Positions 8,605 to 17,034 of a stretch of DNA of 29,230 bases are shown one piece after another. The notes below the pieces were generated by a model, which searched no databases, was not told the DNA's origin, and saw only the letters and a program-made list of their open reading frames with translations. The stretch is from positions 1 through 29,230 of the forward strand of contig JBDRRF010000090.1 of NCBI GenBank assembly GCA_043825875.1, written 5' to 3'. A program made the translations under genes and the position numbers. Each line of letters opens with the position of its first letter. Positions within the stretch are counted from its first letter, which is position 1. The DNA comes from Pseudomonadota bacterium. GTDB taxonomy: Bacteria > Desulfobacterota > Desulfobacteria > Desulfobacterales > RPRI01.

Positions 8605-11313
8605 TCATATTTTATATTCCTTGAAACCTTCCAGCAATTGTCGGAATGAAGATGGCTTGAATGTCTCAAAGCTTTCCTCATCTACATATACAAAGTCGTA
8701 TTTAGCATCCATCTGCACCCGATTGATATCTTCGCACCATTGCCGCAGTCGTTCCATCTTGAGAGGCACATCAATATCTTCCTGCCCCTTGGTTTCTACA
8801 ATAACAATCCACCTGTCCTTTAGTTTGACTATAAAATCCGGGTAATAGTCGGAGATATTGCCGTCTGCTTTTACGTAATCGAGCTTGAAATGGACGGCCA
8901 TGTAGTTCATTGCAAAAGAGACCACATCGTCGCAATTTTCCAGAAAATCGGCGAATCTAAGCTCAAGCCGGCTGTCACCAATAATGCGGTTGAAGACGCT
9001 TTTTTTAGGGACAAGATAGCCTTGATCCTTCGCTACAAAAGGCCGGGTCTGGCGCAACTTTATGGTATCCCGTATTTCGGCATCGCCTTTGTCCCGGATT
9101 GTCAGTGAGTTGATGGCCTTTTTGAATGTTTCAAGCAGTGTTTTGGTGGCGGCCAGTTCTGACAGGTTGCGTAATGTGTTGGGGTCTTCCAGATCCACCG
9201 GGTGGTCAAACAGCTCCTCTCGCACGAACGCCTTGATCTTGCCATACAGCACATCGTAACCACGCGGAGCAGATCCCTTACGATATTCCAAGCGCAATTC
9301 TTTCAGAATTATTTGCGCGAAATAGCCGATCACACTGCGGTAGTCGGCAATGCCAGCAGTATCTAAAATCGTGGTATGCGTAATCTCTCCGTTGGTGATG
9401 TCCTTAAATACAATCTCCCGTTGTTCTTCCTCGCTAAACTGCTTATAAAGCACTCGTTGATGTCCCATTGTGGCGATGTCCAGATCACCCAGGTTTTTGT
9501 ATTCCCTGTAAATGCGGGGTGACAGTATGGGGATTTCTATATCCAGGGCCGCTATATCTTTCTTCTCGTTTTCCTTGTCAACTTCGATTACAAGCGGTGT
9601 CTTTGGTGCTGTTCCTTCCCCCATAGCCTTACGTTCCAGTACCACGCCTTCAGCCTGGATAGATTCCACAAATTCCATAAAGGCATTGGTGCCGACCACA
9701 CTGACATACTCTTCAACATCACCGGGATACATCTTACGTAAACCGCGCCCAAGCGTCTGCTCGGGGAGAATATTGCTCTTTGCGCTGTAGGCACGTAACC
9801 CGACGATGGTCGTAACATTGCGGACATCCCATCCTTCTTTAAGCATCATAACCGAGATGATAGCCTTGTGTGGGCTCTCCATCTCATCTATCTCATTAGC
9901 CTGTTTGCGCAGTTTCTCCAGTTCCTCCTTACCCTTGCCCGTGGCTGCTTCCGAAATCTCACCGTTGTTCTTTGTATGAATAACCAGCACAGCTTCTTTA
10001 TCGGCAAATTCCGGATAAGTAGTCTGCAGATATTCGGCTACATCGTCACAGTTGCGTGTATCGTCAGTCATTATAAACAGGATGGCCTTCTTACCCATCT
10101 TCTCGTGTTCATCGTACGCCTTGCGCCATTCGATTACACCCAGATGGATATAGTCGGCGTACTTCTCGGTGAATTTCGCGCTTTGACGTTCGCTCAGTTT
10201 AGCACGGCTGGGTGCGTCGGGCAGGACTGGATGCTTGACAACGTTCTGCCAAATTGCCTCCACGAGTGGGTAATCAGCAATGGTCTGTACGAAAATTGCC
10301 CCGTTGTTGTGTTTGGGAGTAGCTGTTGTGTCCACCTGCATGGAAAGAGCCGCCCCTTTCTGTTTAAGGCGGTTGTGGATATCTTCAATAGATTTGAACC
10401 AGGCCATGCGCGGATCGTGAATATGGTGGGCCTCGTCATTCAACACCATCAGTTCGTCTATATCACGAACAATCATGCCAAGATCTACTTTAGAATCATT
10501 GGTTGCACCTGTTGGACGCTTGCCTAAAAAATAGTCCCGCATATCTTCATCATCCGGTGACGGCGGAATATCCTCACCGGAATATACACGGTGGATATTG
10601 GTCAGAAATATATTGCCGGTAGACCTGGTAATGCGAACCTCATCCTGCAAATGCAAAGTCAGCTGGAAATCATCGCGCCAGTTATGCCCGTCATAGCCGT
10701 TATCCGGCACTACCGGATCATCGAAGAAGATTCGCAGTCCCTGAAAATCCCGGTAAATACGATCCAACACAATAATGTTTGGGGTGATAACCAGAAAGTT
10801 GCGTGCAAGTTCGGATTCAGGCTCATAAAGCTTATGATAAAAACTCCACGCCAGCGCCAAACTTAATACCTTGGTTTTACCGCTGCCCGTTGCCATCTTC
10901 ACTACAAACCGCCGCCAGGTTTCATCAAACATGCCCCCGGAAACAAGTCCGCTTGCATCAAAGCGCATCAGATCATGTTTGTCCTTAACCCCAGCCACAT
11001 CGTAAAGATAGACTATAGTCTCCAAAGCCTCACGCTGGGCAAAGTAGTATCCAAACTCCACCATGGTTCCATCGGACTTCGGCAACAGGTGCGGCGTGTT
11101 GAACCACCAATTGAGCAGGCTCCGGCTGGTGTCTGCCGCTCCAGAGTATCCTCCATCACGGAACGCCTTTACCTTACGGCGCAGTTCTGCCACAAGAGGC
11201 GGCATCAACTTTTCCATACTACTATCCCGCAACACCTCATCAGCGGGAAACCATCGGATACCAGGTTCGAGAATTGCGTGTGGGGAAGCAGGAAAATCAG
11301 GATGAAGTGCCAT
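8605..11313 (-). CDS. res: Type III restriction-modification Res-like subunit (SF2 helicase plus PD-(D/E)xK nuclease)
   Basis: MATGSGKT Walker A, NDEAHH, TAT, MLKEGWD, EQTLGRGLR; C-terminal YYPDF...VETKG; downstream of mod. Confidence 0.88.
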   Translation of the reverse strand: MALHPDFPASPHAILEPGIRWFPADEVLRDSSMEKLMPPLVAELRRKVKAFRDGGYSGAADTSRSLLNWWFNTPHLLPKSDGTMVEFGYYFAQREALETIVYLYDVAGVKDKHDLMRFDASGLVSGGMFDETWRRFVVKMATGSGKTKVLSLALAWSFYHKLYEPESELARNFLVITPNIIVLDRIYRDFQGLRIFFDDPVVPDNGYDGHNWRDDFQLTLHLQDEVRITRSTGNIFLTNIHRVYSGEDIPPSPDDEDMRDYFLGKRPTGATNDSKVDLGMIVRDIDELMVLNDEAHHIHDPRMAWFKSIEDIHNRLKQKGAALSMQVDTTATPKHNNGAIFVQTIADYPLVEAIWQNVVKHPVLPDAPSRAKLSERQSAKFTEKYADYIHLGVIEWRKAYDEHEKMGKKAILFIMTDDTRNCDDVAEYLQTTYPEFADKEAVLVIHTKNNGEISEAATGKGKEELEKLRKQANEIDEMESPHKAIISVMMLKEGWDVRNVTTIVGLRAYSAKSNILPEQTLGRGLRKMYPGDVEEYVSVVGTNAFMEFVESIQAEGVVLERKAMGEGTAPKTPLVIEVDKENEKKDIAALDIEIPILSPRIYREYKNLGDLDIATMGHQRVLYKQFSEEEQREIVFKDITNGEITHTTILDTAGIADYRSVIGYFAQIILKELRLEYRKGSAPRGYDVLYGKIKAFVREELFDHPVDLEDPNTLRNLSELAATKTLLETFKKAINSLTIRDKGDAEIRDTIKLRQTRPFVAKDQGYLVPKKSVFNRIIGDSRLELRFADFLENCDDVVSFAMNYMAVHFKLDYVKADGNISDYYPDFIVKLKDRWIVIVETKGQEDIDVPLKMERLRQWCEDINRVQMDAKYDFVYVDEESFETFKPSSFRQLLEGFKEYKI

Positions 11314-11318
11314 ATCAG

Positions 11319-12182
11319 TTATTCGCCTTTCTTCTTCTTTGCGGTTGCTTTAGCCTTACCGAGCTGTTTGCGCTGTTTGGTTTCTATTTTTTTGATGCTT
11401 TCCGCCACCGGCAATTCTTCGGGCATTGTGCCGCCTAATTCCCGGATGGTTTGCCGAACCTTTGCACCGACTTTTCGATGAGTAATATTTGCTGCCTCTT
11501 TTCCCTTTACCTTGTCCCGGCGCAACTTCTCCTCCGCCTGTGTCGCGCGAAACAGATTTGCCGCTAGTTCCGTGCTGCCCATGTGATCCAAAATCTTCTG
11601 GCTCTTTTTCAGGCCTTTCCGCCGATGAATGTCTTCCTGTTTTAGTCCACCATAAAGACCCATATATCCGTGATTTTGAAAAATAGCATAATCCATCGGT
11701 TCGATGACGCCAGCATTTTTGGCCGCATCAGCCAACTGAACATTATGGTGTCGGATCTCTTTACGCAAAAGAATCCGCCGTTCCTCCTCAATCTGTTCAT
11801 CAGCCAATTCCTGCCGCCGTGTTTGGATAGCAAAGTAGGTTTGACCATGCGCTACGATCTCTTTTTTGGGATCTGCGTTTTGAATAACGAGATAACAGGC
11901 ATAACGCGATAGAAGAACTGTTTTAACGGGTCTCTTCCCACCCTTTCCTATCTCGATCAATTCGGTGACGTCAACGAAATGATCCTCAATGCGGTGTCCA
12001 CTATTGAAACAGGCCATTTTGGCCTTTTCAATAACCCCCTCAAAATTGCGGTAATCGCCGTAGCCCAATATTTCAGAAAAGTCACGGCTTGACCAAAATT
12101 CCATGCCTGCATCGTTCTTGCGTTTGATCCGCTCGAAAGGCGACATATGTGAACCGGCTGTATTCGCAATTTCCTTTGCCAT
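11319..12182 (-). CDS. dinD: DNA damage-inducible protein D family (Bro-N-like N terminus)
   Basis: EFWSSR, LSRYACYLVIQNADP, YFAIQTRRQE, FQNHGYMGLYGG, LDHMGSTELAANLFRATQ, GGTMPE motifs. Confidence 0.88.
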   Translation of the reverse strand: MAKEIANTAGSHMSPFERIKRKNDAGMEFWSSRDFSEILGYGDYRNFEGVIEKAKMACFNSGHRIEDHFVDVTELIEIGKGGKRPVKTVLLSRYACYLVIQNADPKKEIVAHGQTYFAIQTRRQELADEQIEEERRILLRKEIRHHNVQLADAAKNAGVIEPMDYAIFQNHGYMGLYGGLKQEDIHRRKGLKKSQKILDHMGSTELAANLFRATQAEEKLRRDKVKGKEAANITHRKVGAKVRQTIRELGGTMPEELPVAESIKKIETKQRKQLGKAKATAKKKKGE

Positions 12183-14875
12183 TATTTCTTCCCTCCGCTA
12201 TTTCCAACGCTAATATCTACAATCGTCATAGTATCATTACCAAAGATATCTACTACCTTGACCGCTATCTTGCGCCGTCCCGGCGGGCATTCGTGAAAAA
12301 CGCTTTTTAGTTCCAGCGAGCGGTCTTTTTTGGTGCGGAAAGACTGCCACTCATTTTCAAAGATATAATCCCCGGTCCACCGTTCTTCCCATTCTTCGGT
12401 TTCCTCACTCTTCACCCGGATAATTTCGCGTTTGCTCTCGAAGTTAAAATCCACCGCCCAGTAATCAATCCAGTCAGTCCAGTCTTTGGTCAGCACATCC
12501 CGCTTAAATTCACCTTTTGCATCCTTGCTGATTTTAACGATTTGGCCCTTTTCCACTACTATCTTACTGCCAGCTTTCTTGTTTGCCGACAGTGCTGCTT
12601 CAGCATTTGCAATAGAATCCTGGGAGTAAAATACCGAAAAATCGGTAAGCTCCACCGCAATTTTTGCAAGTCCCCCTGACAAGGGGGATTCAGGGGGTTT
12701 CTTTCGCCGGCTTTTGATTTGTTTCTGCAAATCCGAATAAACACCATCCAGGTTACTCATCACGTCCTTATTGGTATACCGTATTACTTCTATGCCAAGC
12801 TGATTAAGCCTCAAAGTGCGGTTTTGATCATATTCAACCTGTTCGGCGTGGCTATCACCATCAATTTCAATTGCCAGCATAAGTTCGGAGCAATAAAAAT
12901 CGACGATATATTCATCCAATGGTTTCTGGCGTGTAAATTTCAAGTCTGAAAATTGCTTGTTTTGCAATATATCAAACCATAACTTGTTTTCAGCCTCGGT
13001 CGGATTTTTTCTGTTTTGACGTGCTTTTTCGGTAAGTGCTTGGTTGTAGTGAATGTAACCCCCCTTGCCCCCCTTTTCAGGGGGGTATTGGATATGCGGT
13101 TTTACCTCAATGGCAGCCACATCGTGGAAAACCACCTGGTTCTTTTCTACTGCCCGTTTGTCGAAAACATCGGCCGGAATATACTTGGGAGCAATATCGA
13201 TTCCCTTGTTCCGTGCTTCATCCAGTATATTCGGGAAAAGCCCCATCTCGAATTCAAAACCCAGAATATCCACTCTGGTGATGTGTTTCTTCCGGCATTC
13301 AAGAATTATCTCTTCGACGAACAGGCGTGTTACCGGCAGATTAACCGGCCCGATAGCCACCAGCCGTCCGGCTTTCTTCCCATGAAATGCGGTAAAGCCA
13401 GTTGTCTTTTCCGCCCGGTAAGCTCTCAAGATCAGATCGAGGAATTCCGCTTCTTTTTCTTCCAGTTGTTTTTGCTGTTCCGCCTCCCGCAGATTGGGAT
13501 TGATGCCGATATAATGCTGACGCTCATATTTACCGAGGTTGAGTATTTCAAAGGCACGGTAGTTTTTCCCTTCGGCTTTGAGTTGCCGTTGCACGCCGAT
13601 CATGCGCTTGCGGGTGGTATGGATGGCAAACTTGCCCAGGTCGGTTGCGATCCACTTTCGCCCCAATTTTTCTGCGATAGCAGCGGTAGTGCCGGAACCG
13701 CAGAAGAAGTCGGCGACGAGATCACCTTCGTTGGACGAAGCTTTGATGATGCGTTCAATCAGGGCTTCGGGTTTTTGTGTGGGGTAGTTGATAGCTTCAA
13801 TAGCTTGTGAATTAATTGGATAAATATCAATCCATAAATCATCAACAATATCGCCTTCCATATCCTCTAAATATTGGATTTTTTCTGGTCTGCCATTTGA
13901 GGTAAACCTAATTATTCCATTTTCAAGGGAATCATTGATCCTTTCTTGAGACCAAATCCAATGCATTCCAGGCGGGGGTTCTAAAACCCTACCTCCAAAA
14001 TCTCTTGCTGGACCTTGTCCTTTTTGGAGCATAGAAACTGTCCGATACAATCGGCCTTTTTCATCCTTTTTATAGTGGCTTGTTATGTATTTCTCATCAA
14101 AAGGGCGATATTGGTTTGTAAAATTAGCCTTTGTAGATTTTGTAAATAAAAAAATTGAATCGTGAACAATCCCATATCCGTTCGTTTGTGCCTTTGTAGT
14201 TCGGATTTTTTGCCAAATAATTTCATTCTTATAGTTGGATTGCGAAAATATCTCCTGTAAAATAATACGCAAATAGCTATTCACCCGCCAATCGCAATGC
14301 ACATAAATACTACCATCCTCCGCCAGCAAATCCCGCATCAGCACCAGCCGTTCATAGATCATGGCAATGAAGGAATCCGCCCCTTTGCCCCATGTATCAC
14401 GGTAGGCAATTTCTTCGAGGATATTGGGTTTCTTGGTGAAGGTGTCGCCGCCAATTGCGATGTCCATGGAAAAATCTGCGCCCACATCGAACGGTGGGTC
14501 AATGTAGATCAGCTTAAGGCCGCCCTGTTTCTCAATCTCTTCGCGCAACGGCCCGTTTTTTAGTGATGATAAAATAAGCTTGTTATCACCCCAAATCAGC
14601 TTATTTGTCCAACCTTTCATCTGACGGCCACGGGTATCAAATAATTCATATTGCAGGCTGGTATCTTCCGGCTTGTCTGCCCGCGGCTCATCCACCTGCT
14701 CAATAACCTGAAACGGAAGTACAATATTGCATACTTCACTTGTCTTACCGTTCCAAACAAGTTCCACTTCCCGCTTGTCCTCAAACAGCAAAAAGCGGTA
14801 CTTTTCCGGCAACGGTTTGTCCGCCTCGATAAAGCGGATAATCTCCTGTTGTTCCTGTTCTGTCAGTCGTGGCAT
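12182..14875 (-). CDS. mod: Type III-like Mod site-specific amino-DNA methyltransferase (beta class) carrying an in-frame DUF559 insert
   Basis: IYIDPPF (motif IV) precedes YPTQKPE and DFFCGSGTT (motif I); long C-terminal extension ending VKVVDIFG. Confidence 0.9.
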   Translation of the reverse strand: MPRLTEQEQQEIIRFIEADKPLPEKYRFLLFEDKREVELVWNGKTSEVCNIVLPFQVIEQVDEPRADKPEDTSLQYELFDTRGRQMKGWTNKLIWGDNKLILSSLKNGPLREEIEKQGGLKLIYIDPPFDVGADFSMDIAIGGDTFTKKPNILEEIAYRDTWGKGADSFIAMIYERLVLMRDLLAEDGSIYVHCDWRVNSYLRIILQEIFSQSNYKNEIIWQKIRTTKAQTNGYGIVHDSIFLFTKSTKANFTNQYRPFDEKYITSHYKKDEKGRLYRTVSMLQKGQGPARDFGGRVLEPPPGMHWIWSQERINDSLENGIIRFTSNGRPEKIQYLEDMEGDIVDDLWIDIYPINSQAIEAINYPTQKPEALIERIIKASSNEGDLVADFFCGSGTTAAIAEKLGRKWIATDLGKFAIHTTRKRMIGVQRQLKAEGKNYRAFEILNLGKYERQHYIGINPNLREAEQQKQLEEKEAEFLDLILRAYRAEKTTGFTAFHGKKAGRLVAIGPVNLPVTRLFVEEIILECRKKHITRVDILGFEFEMGLFPNILDEARNKGIDIAPKYIPADVFDKRAVEKNQVVFHDVAAIEVKPHIQYPPEKGGKGGYIHYNQALTEKARQNRKNPTEAENKLWFDILQNKQFSDLKFTRQKPLDEYIVDFYCSELMLAIEIDGDSHAEQVEYDQNRTLRLNQLGIEVIRYTNKDVMSNLDGVYSDLQKQIKSRRKKPPESPLSGGLAKIAVELTDFSVFYSQDSIANAEAALSANKKAGSKIVVEKGQIVKISKDAKGEFKRDVLTKDWTDWIDYWAVDFNFESKREIIRVKSEETEEWEERWTGDYIFENEWQSFRTKKDRSLELKSVFHECPPGRRKIAVKVVDIFGNDTMTIVDISVGNSGGKK
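12671..12700. repeat. REP-like palindrome at the downstream end of the DUF559 cassette
   Basis: TCCCCCT-GACA-AGGGGGA hairpin followed by TTCAGGGGGTT; encodes KPPESPLSGG. Confidence 0.8.
13057..13086. repeat. REP-like palindrome at the upstream end of the DUF559 cassette (inverted relative to the other copy)
   Basis: Coding strand CCCCCCT-GAAA-AGGGGGG-CAAGGGGGGTT; encodes PPEKGGKGG; 22/28 identical to the other copy. Confidence 0.8.
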
Positions 14876-15121
14876 AAAGATCCTTTATTTATTGATACTC
14901 TACCCAGAGCCAAATCGGGAAGCGAATGGTGCGCACAAAAACCATAACAATTAATATGGTGGTATTTAATATCAGTTTCTGAAAACAACTGTTCGAATTG
15001 CCTGTTCTTTACACCAAGATTTATATGAAATCAAATAAGTTCTATAAAAATAGGAAGGAAATCTCATAAGTTGATAAATTCGTAAGGGGAAAAAGAAGGG
15101 CGATTATGATAATCGCTATAA

Positions 15122-15159
15122 TTAAAAATCCCGTGCAAACAAATACACGGGATTTTTAA
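15122..15159. terminator. Bidirectional intrinsic terminator downstream of the porin gene
   Basis: TTAAAAATCCCGTG / CACGGGATTTTTAA 14-bp stem with a 10-nt loop. Confidence 0.75.
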
Positions 15160-15194
15160 AGTACGTCAAGGGTACATCTTTACTATTCTTATAT

Positions 15195-16466
15195 TTAAAA
15201 TTTTACAACAAGATCCGCCTGAAGTATCTGCTGGTCTTTATCATCTGCTGCGGATTTTCTGATTTCTTTTGTGTTGTAGTAATCAAGACCCAAGCTGACA
15301 TTTTTGCTTATACCGAATACAAGTTCAGCTTCATGTCCCTTTGCATTTGTTGCACCGCCATAAAAATCGCTGTCAGGAAAAAAATCAGGCCAGGCATCTC
15401 TTTCAAGACGCCTGTAATTGTATTTTAACTGCCAATCTCCAAGTTCTTTTACCTTTTTATGGCCGAACTTAAGACCGGCCAGCCAGCCAGTGTCATCTTT
15501 TTTCCCATAAATATTTTTATCATCCACATTTGTGGCTTGAACATATTGTCCGAATACTGCCGCATAAGGAATGGGGCCGGGTATCTTGGTTATGCCGAAT
15601 TCAAGATCTGCTGCCAATGCGTCATGGTCATATTCCCAGCTTCCGGCTGCATCTGTTGAGTTTATTCCGATTCCATAAGCACCACCTGCGCTCCAGTCAT
15701 TGCCATGTACATCCTGAAATTCATAATAGCTTGCTGCTGCTTTAATATACATGCTGCCAGGTAGCTTCACTTTTATACCAGGCTGGACAACAATCATATA
15801 TGGGTCATGAGCTTTACTACTGAATTCTTCCAATACGAAACCACCTAATGTACCAAAAAGCCCCAGATTTTTTGATGCTTCATAATTAAATGTAATTGCG
15901 GCTCCTTCAGGAGTTATATCGCCATCCCACAATAAATCTTTTGTACCCCATATAGGGTTTTTAAATTTTCCAAGCCACAGGCTTGAATATTTGCAAGGGC
16001 TGTATTTGGCATATGCGTAATCAAGCCTGATATCCTTAGTGCTGAAATCATCCTGGAGAGTCTGGTTAGTTGAGCGTGGATCATTTGATCCTGTTGCCAG
16101 GCCAAATCCAGCCATCCATTGATCATTTACTTTTGATTCAACTCCAAATCTTAATCTTACACGACCTCTGTTCCGGTCAACTTTACTATCATTTGTTTTA
16201 TCTTCATGCTGATATCTGGCTCTTACATCCCCTTTGAAATTTGTGTTTTCTACCCATTTGGGCAGTTCAAAACCTGAGGCTGGAACCACCTTTTTTTCTT
16301 CCTCTGCCTGCATTTGCGTTATAAGTTCCTCGGCTTCGGATCTTGTAAGAATGTTTTTTTCAACCAGTTTGTTTATCAGCTTGTCATTACTACCCGCCCA
16401 TGATGGGCTGATGGCGAATACCGATAATGCAATTAAAGATAATACCGTTAAACAAAATTTTTTCAT
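15195..16466 (-). CDS. Putative outer-membrane beta-barrel porin (Porin_5-like), probably phosphate-regulated
   Basis: Signal peptide, short N-terminal helical segment, amphipathic beta strands (FKGDVRARY, RGRVRLRFG, STNQTL), C-terminal QADLVVKF. Confidence 0.8.
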   Translation of the reverse strand: MKKFCLTVLSLIALSVFAISPSWAGSNDKLINKLVEKNILTRSEAEELITQMQAEEEKKVVPASGFELPKWVENTNFKGDVRARYQHEDKTNDSKVDRNRGRVRLRFGVESKVNDQWMAGFGLATGSNDPRSTNQTLQDDFSTKDIRLDYAYAKYSPCKYSSLWLGKFKNPIWGTKDLLWDGDITPEGAAITFNYEASKNLGLFGTLGGFVLEEFSSKAHDPYMIVVQPGIKVKLPGSMYIKAAASYYEFQDVHGNDWSAGGAYGIGINSTDAAGSWEYDHDALAADLEFGITKIPGPIPYAAVFGQYVQATNVDDKNIYGKKDDTGWLAGLKFGHKKVKELGDWQLKYNYRRLERDAWPDFFPDSDFYGGATNAKGHEAELVFGISKNVSLGLDYYNTKEIRKSAADDKDQQILQADLVVKF

Positions 16467-16581
16467 CTTCCTTTACTCCTCCTTATGTTATGTGTTTTTT
16501 GACAAAAGCCGTCTTCTTTAGTATTGTGGTACTTCAATTCGCTATAAATCCTTCTTCTATGTTTCTTTATAATTGGATTAA

Positions 16582-16637
16582 TTTATATTGGACTTTTATT
16601 ATGATTTTATTACGGGCAAGTTAGAATTTAGTTAAAT
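16582..16637 (-). promoter_or_regulatory. Pho-box array plus candidate -10 element of the porin gene
   Basis: Minus strand ATTTAAC, TTCTAAC, CCGTAAT, TCATAAT at an 11-bp period, then TATAAA; same geometry as the pstS arrays. Confidence 0.65.
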
Positions 16638-16717
16638 TGATTGGCTCACAAGATCATTTAAGAAGGTATCAATTATCAGGACGTAAATTACTCTTAATAA
16701 ATAGAGGTGTTAACTTG

Positions 16718-16746
16718 TTGACAAAATATCGTATAATAAATATTAT
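16718..16746 (+). promoter_or_regulatory. Sigma70-type promoter, probably for ppiD
   Basis: TTGACA - 17 bp - TATTAT. Confidence 0.55.
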
Positions 16747-16768
16747 TTGAAAAAAATTTAATTAGCAT

Positions 16769-16910
16769 GAGCCACTTTCAAAACGTTTCAGTTTGGTCAA
16801 GCTCAAGGCGGGAGAAAATTTCAACCACAGGAATACATTTAGTATTTCGAGGATTGAAATTTGAGCCCAACGCAGAGATCGGCCCAAATGGGGTGTTTTG
16901 AAACTGGCTC
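16769..16910. mobile_element. MITE-like palindromic element, copy 2 (142 bp, 5-bp TSD AGCAT)
   Basis: TIR GAGCCACTTTCAAAAC / GTTTTGAAACTGGCTC; AGCAT at 16764-16768 and 16911-16915; about 3 substitutions versus copy 1. Confidence 0.9.
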
Positions 16911-17034
16911 AGCATGATTTTATTTATAATTAATAGGGCAGGAAGTTATAAATACCAAATATTATATTTTAATATGCATGATTAAATTTTAATAGCCATC
17001 GAAATTTTAAAAGATAAAAAGTGAGGGGATTAAT

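Larger units (their letters stand above)
12668..13090 (-). mobile_element. In-frame DUF559 (Vsr-like) endonuclease cassette bounded by inverted palindromic repeats (Mod aa ~596-736)
   Basis: ARQNRKNPTEAENKLW, FTRQKP, YIVDFYC, IEIDGDSH, DQNRTLRLNQLGIEVIRY are DUF559-type motifs; inverted C/G-run repeats at both ends. Confidence 0.8.

Noticed and set aside
12668..13090. Intein interpretation of the Mod insert
   Set aside because: No Cys/Ser-initiated block A, no TxxH block B, no terminal His-Asn plus Cys/Ser/Thr; the insert is nearly all nuclease domain.
5290..13810. Long antisense ORFs (5290..6045, 9868..10527, 10975..11481, 13016..13810)
   Set aside because: They overlap well-supported genes on the opposite strand and have no recognisable motifs.
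14991..15007. LexA box (GTTC-N7-GTTC) upstream of mod-dinD
   Set aside because: The spacing is N9, not N7, and no other recognisable SOS box was seen.
8590..15120. Prophage or ICE with att sites around the RM cassette
   Set aside because: No integrase, tRNA or flanking direct repeat found by eye.
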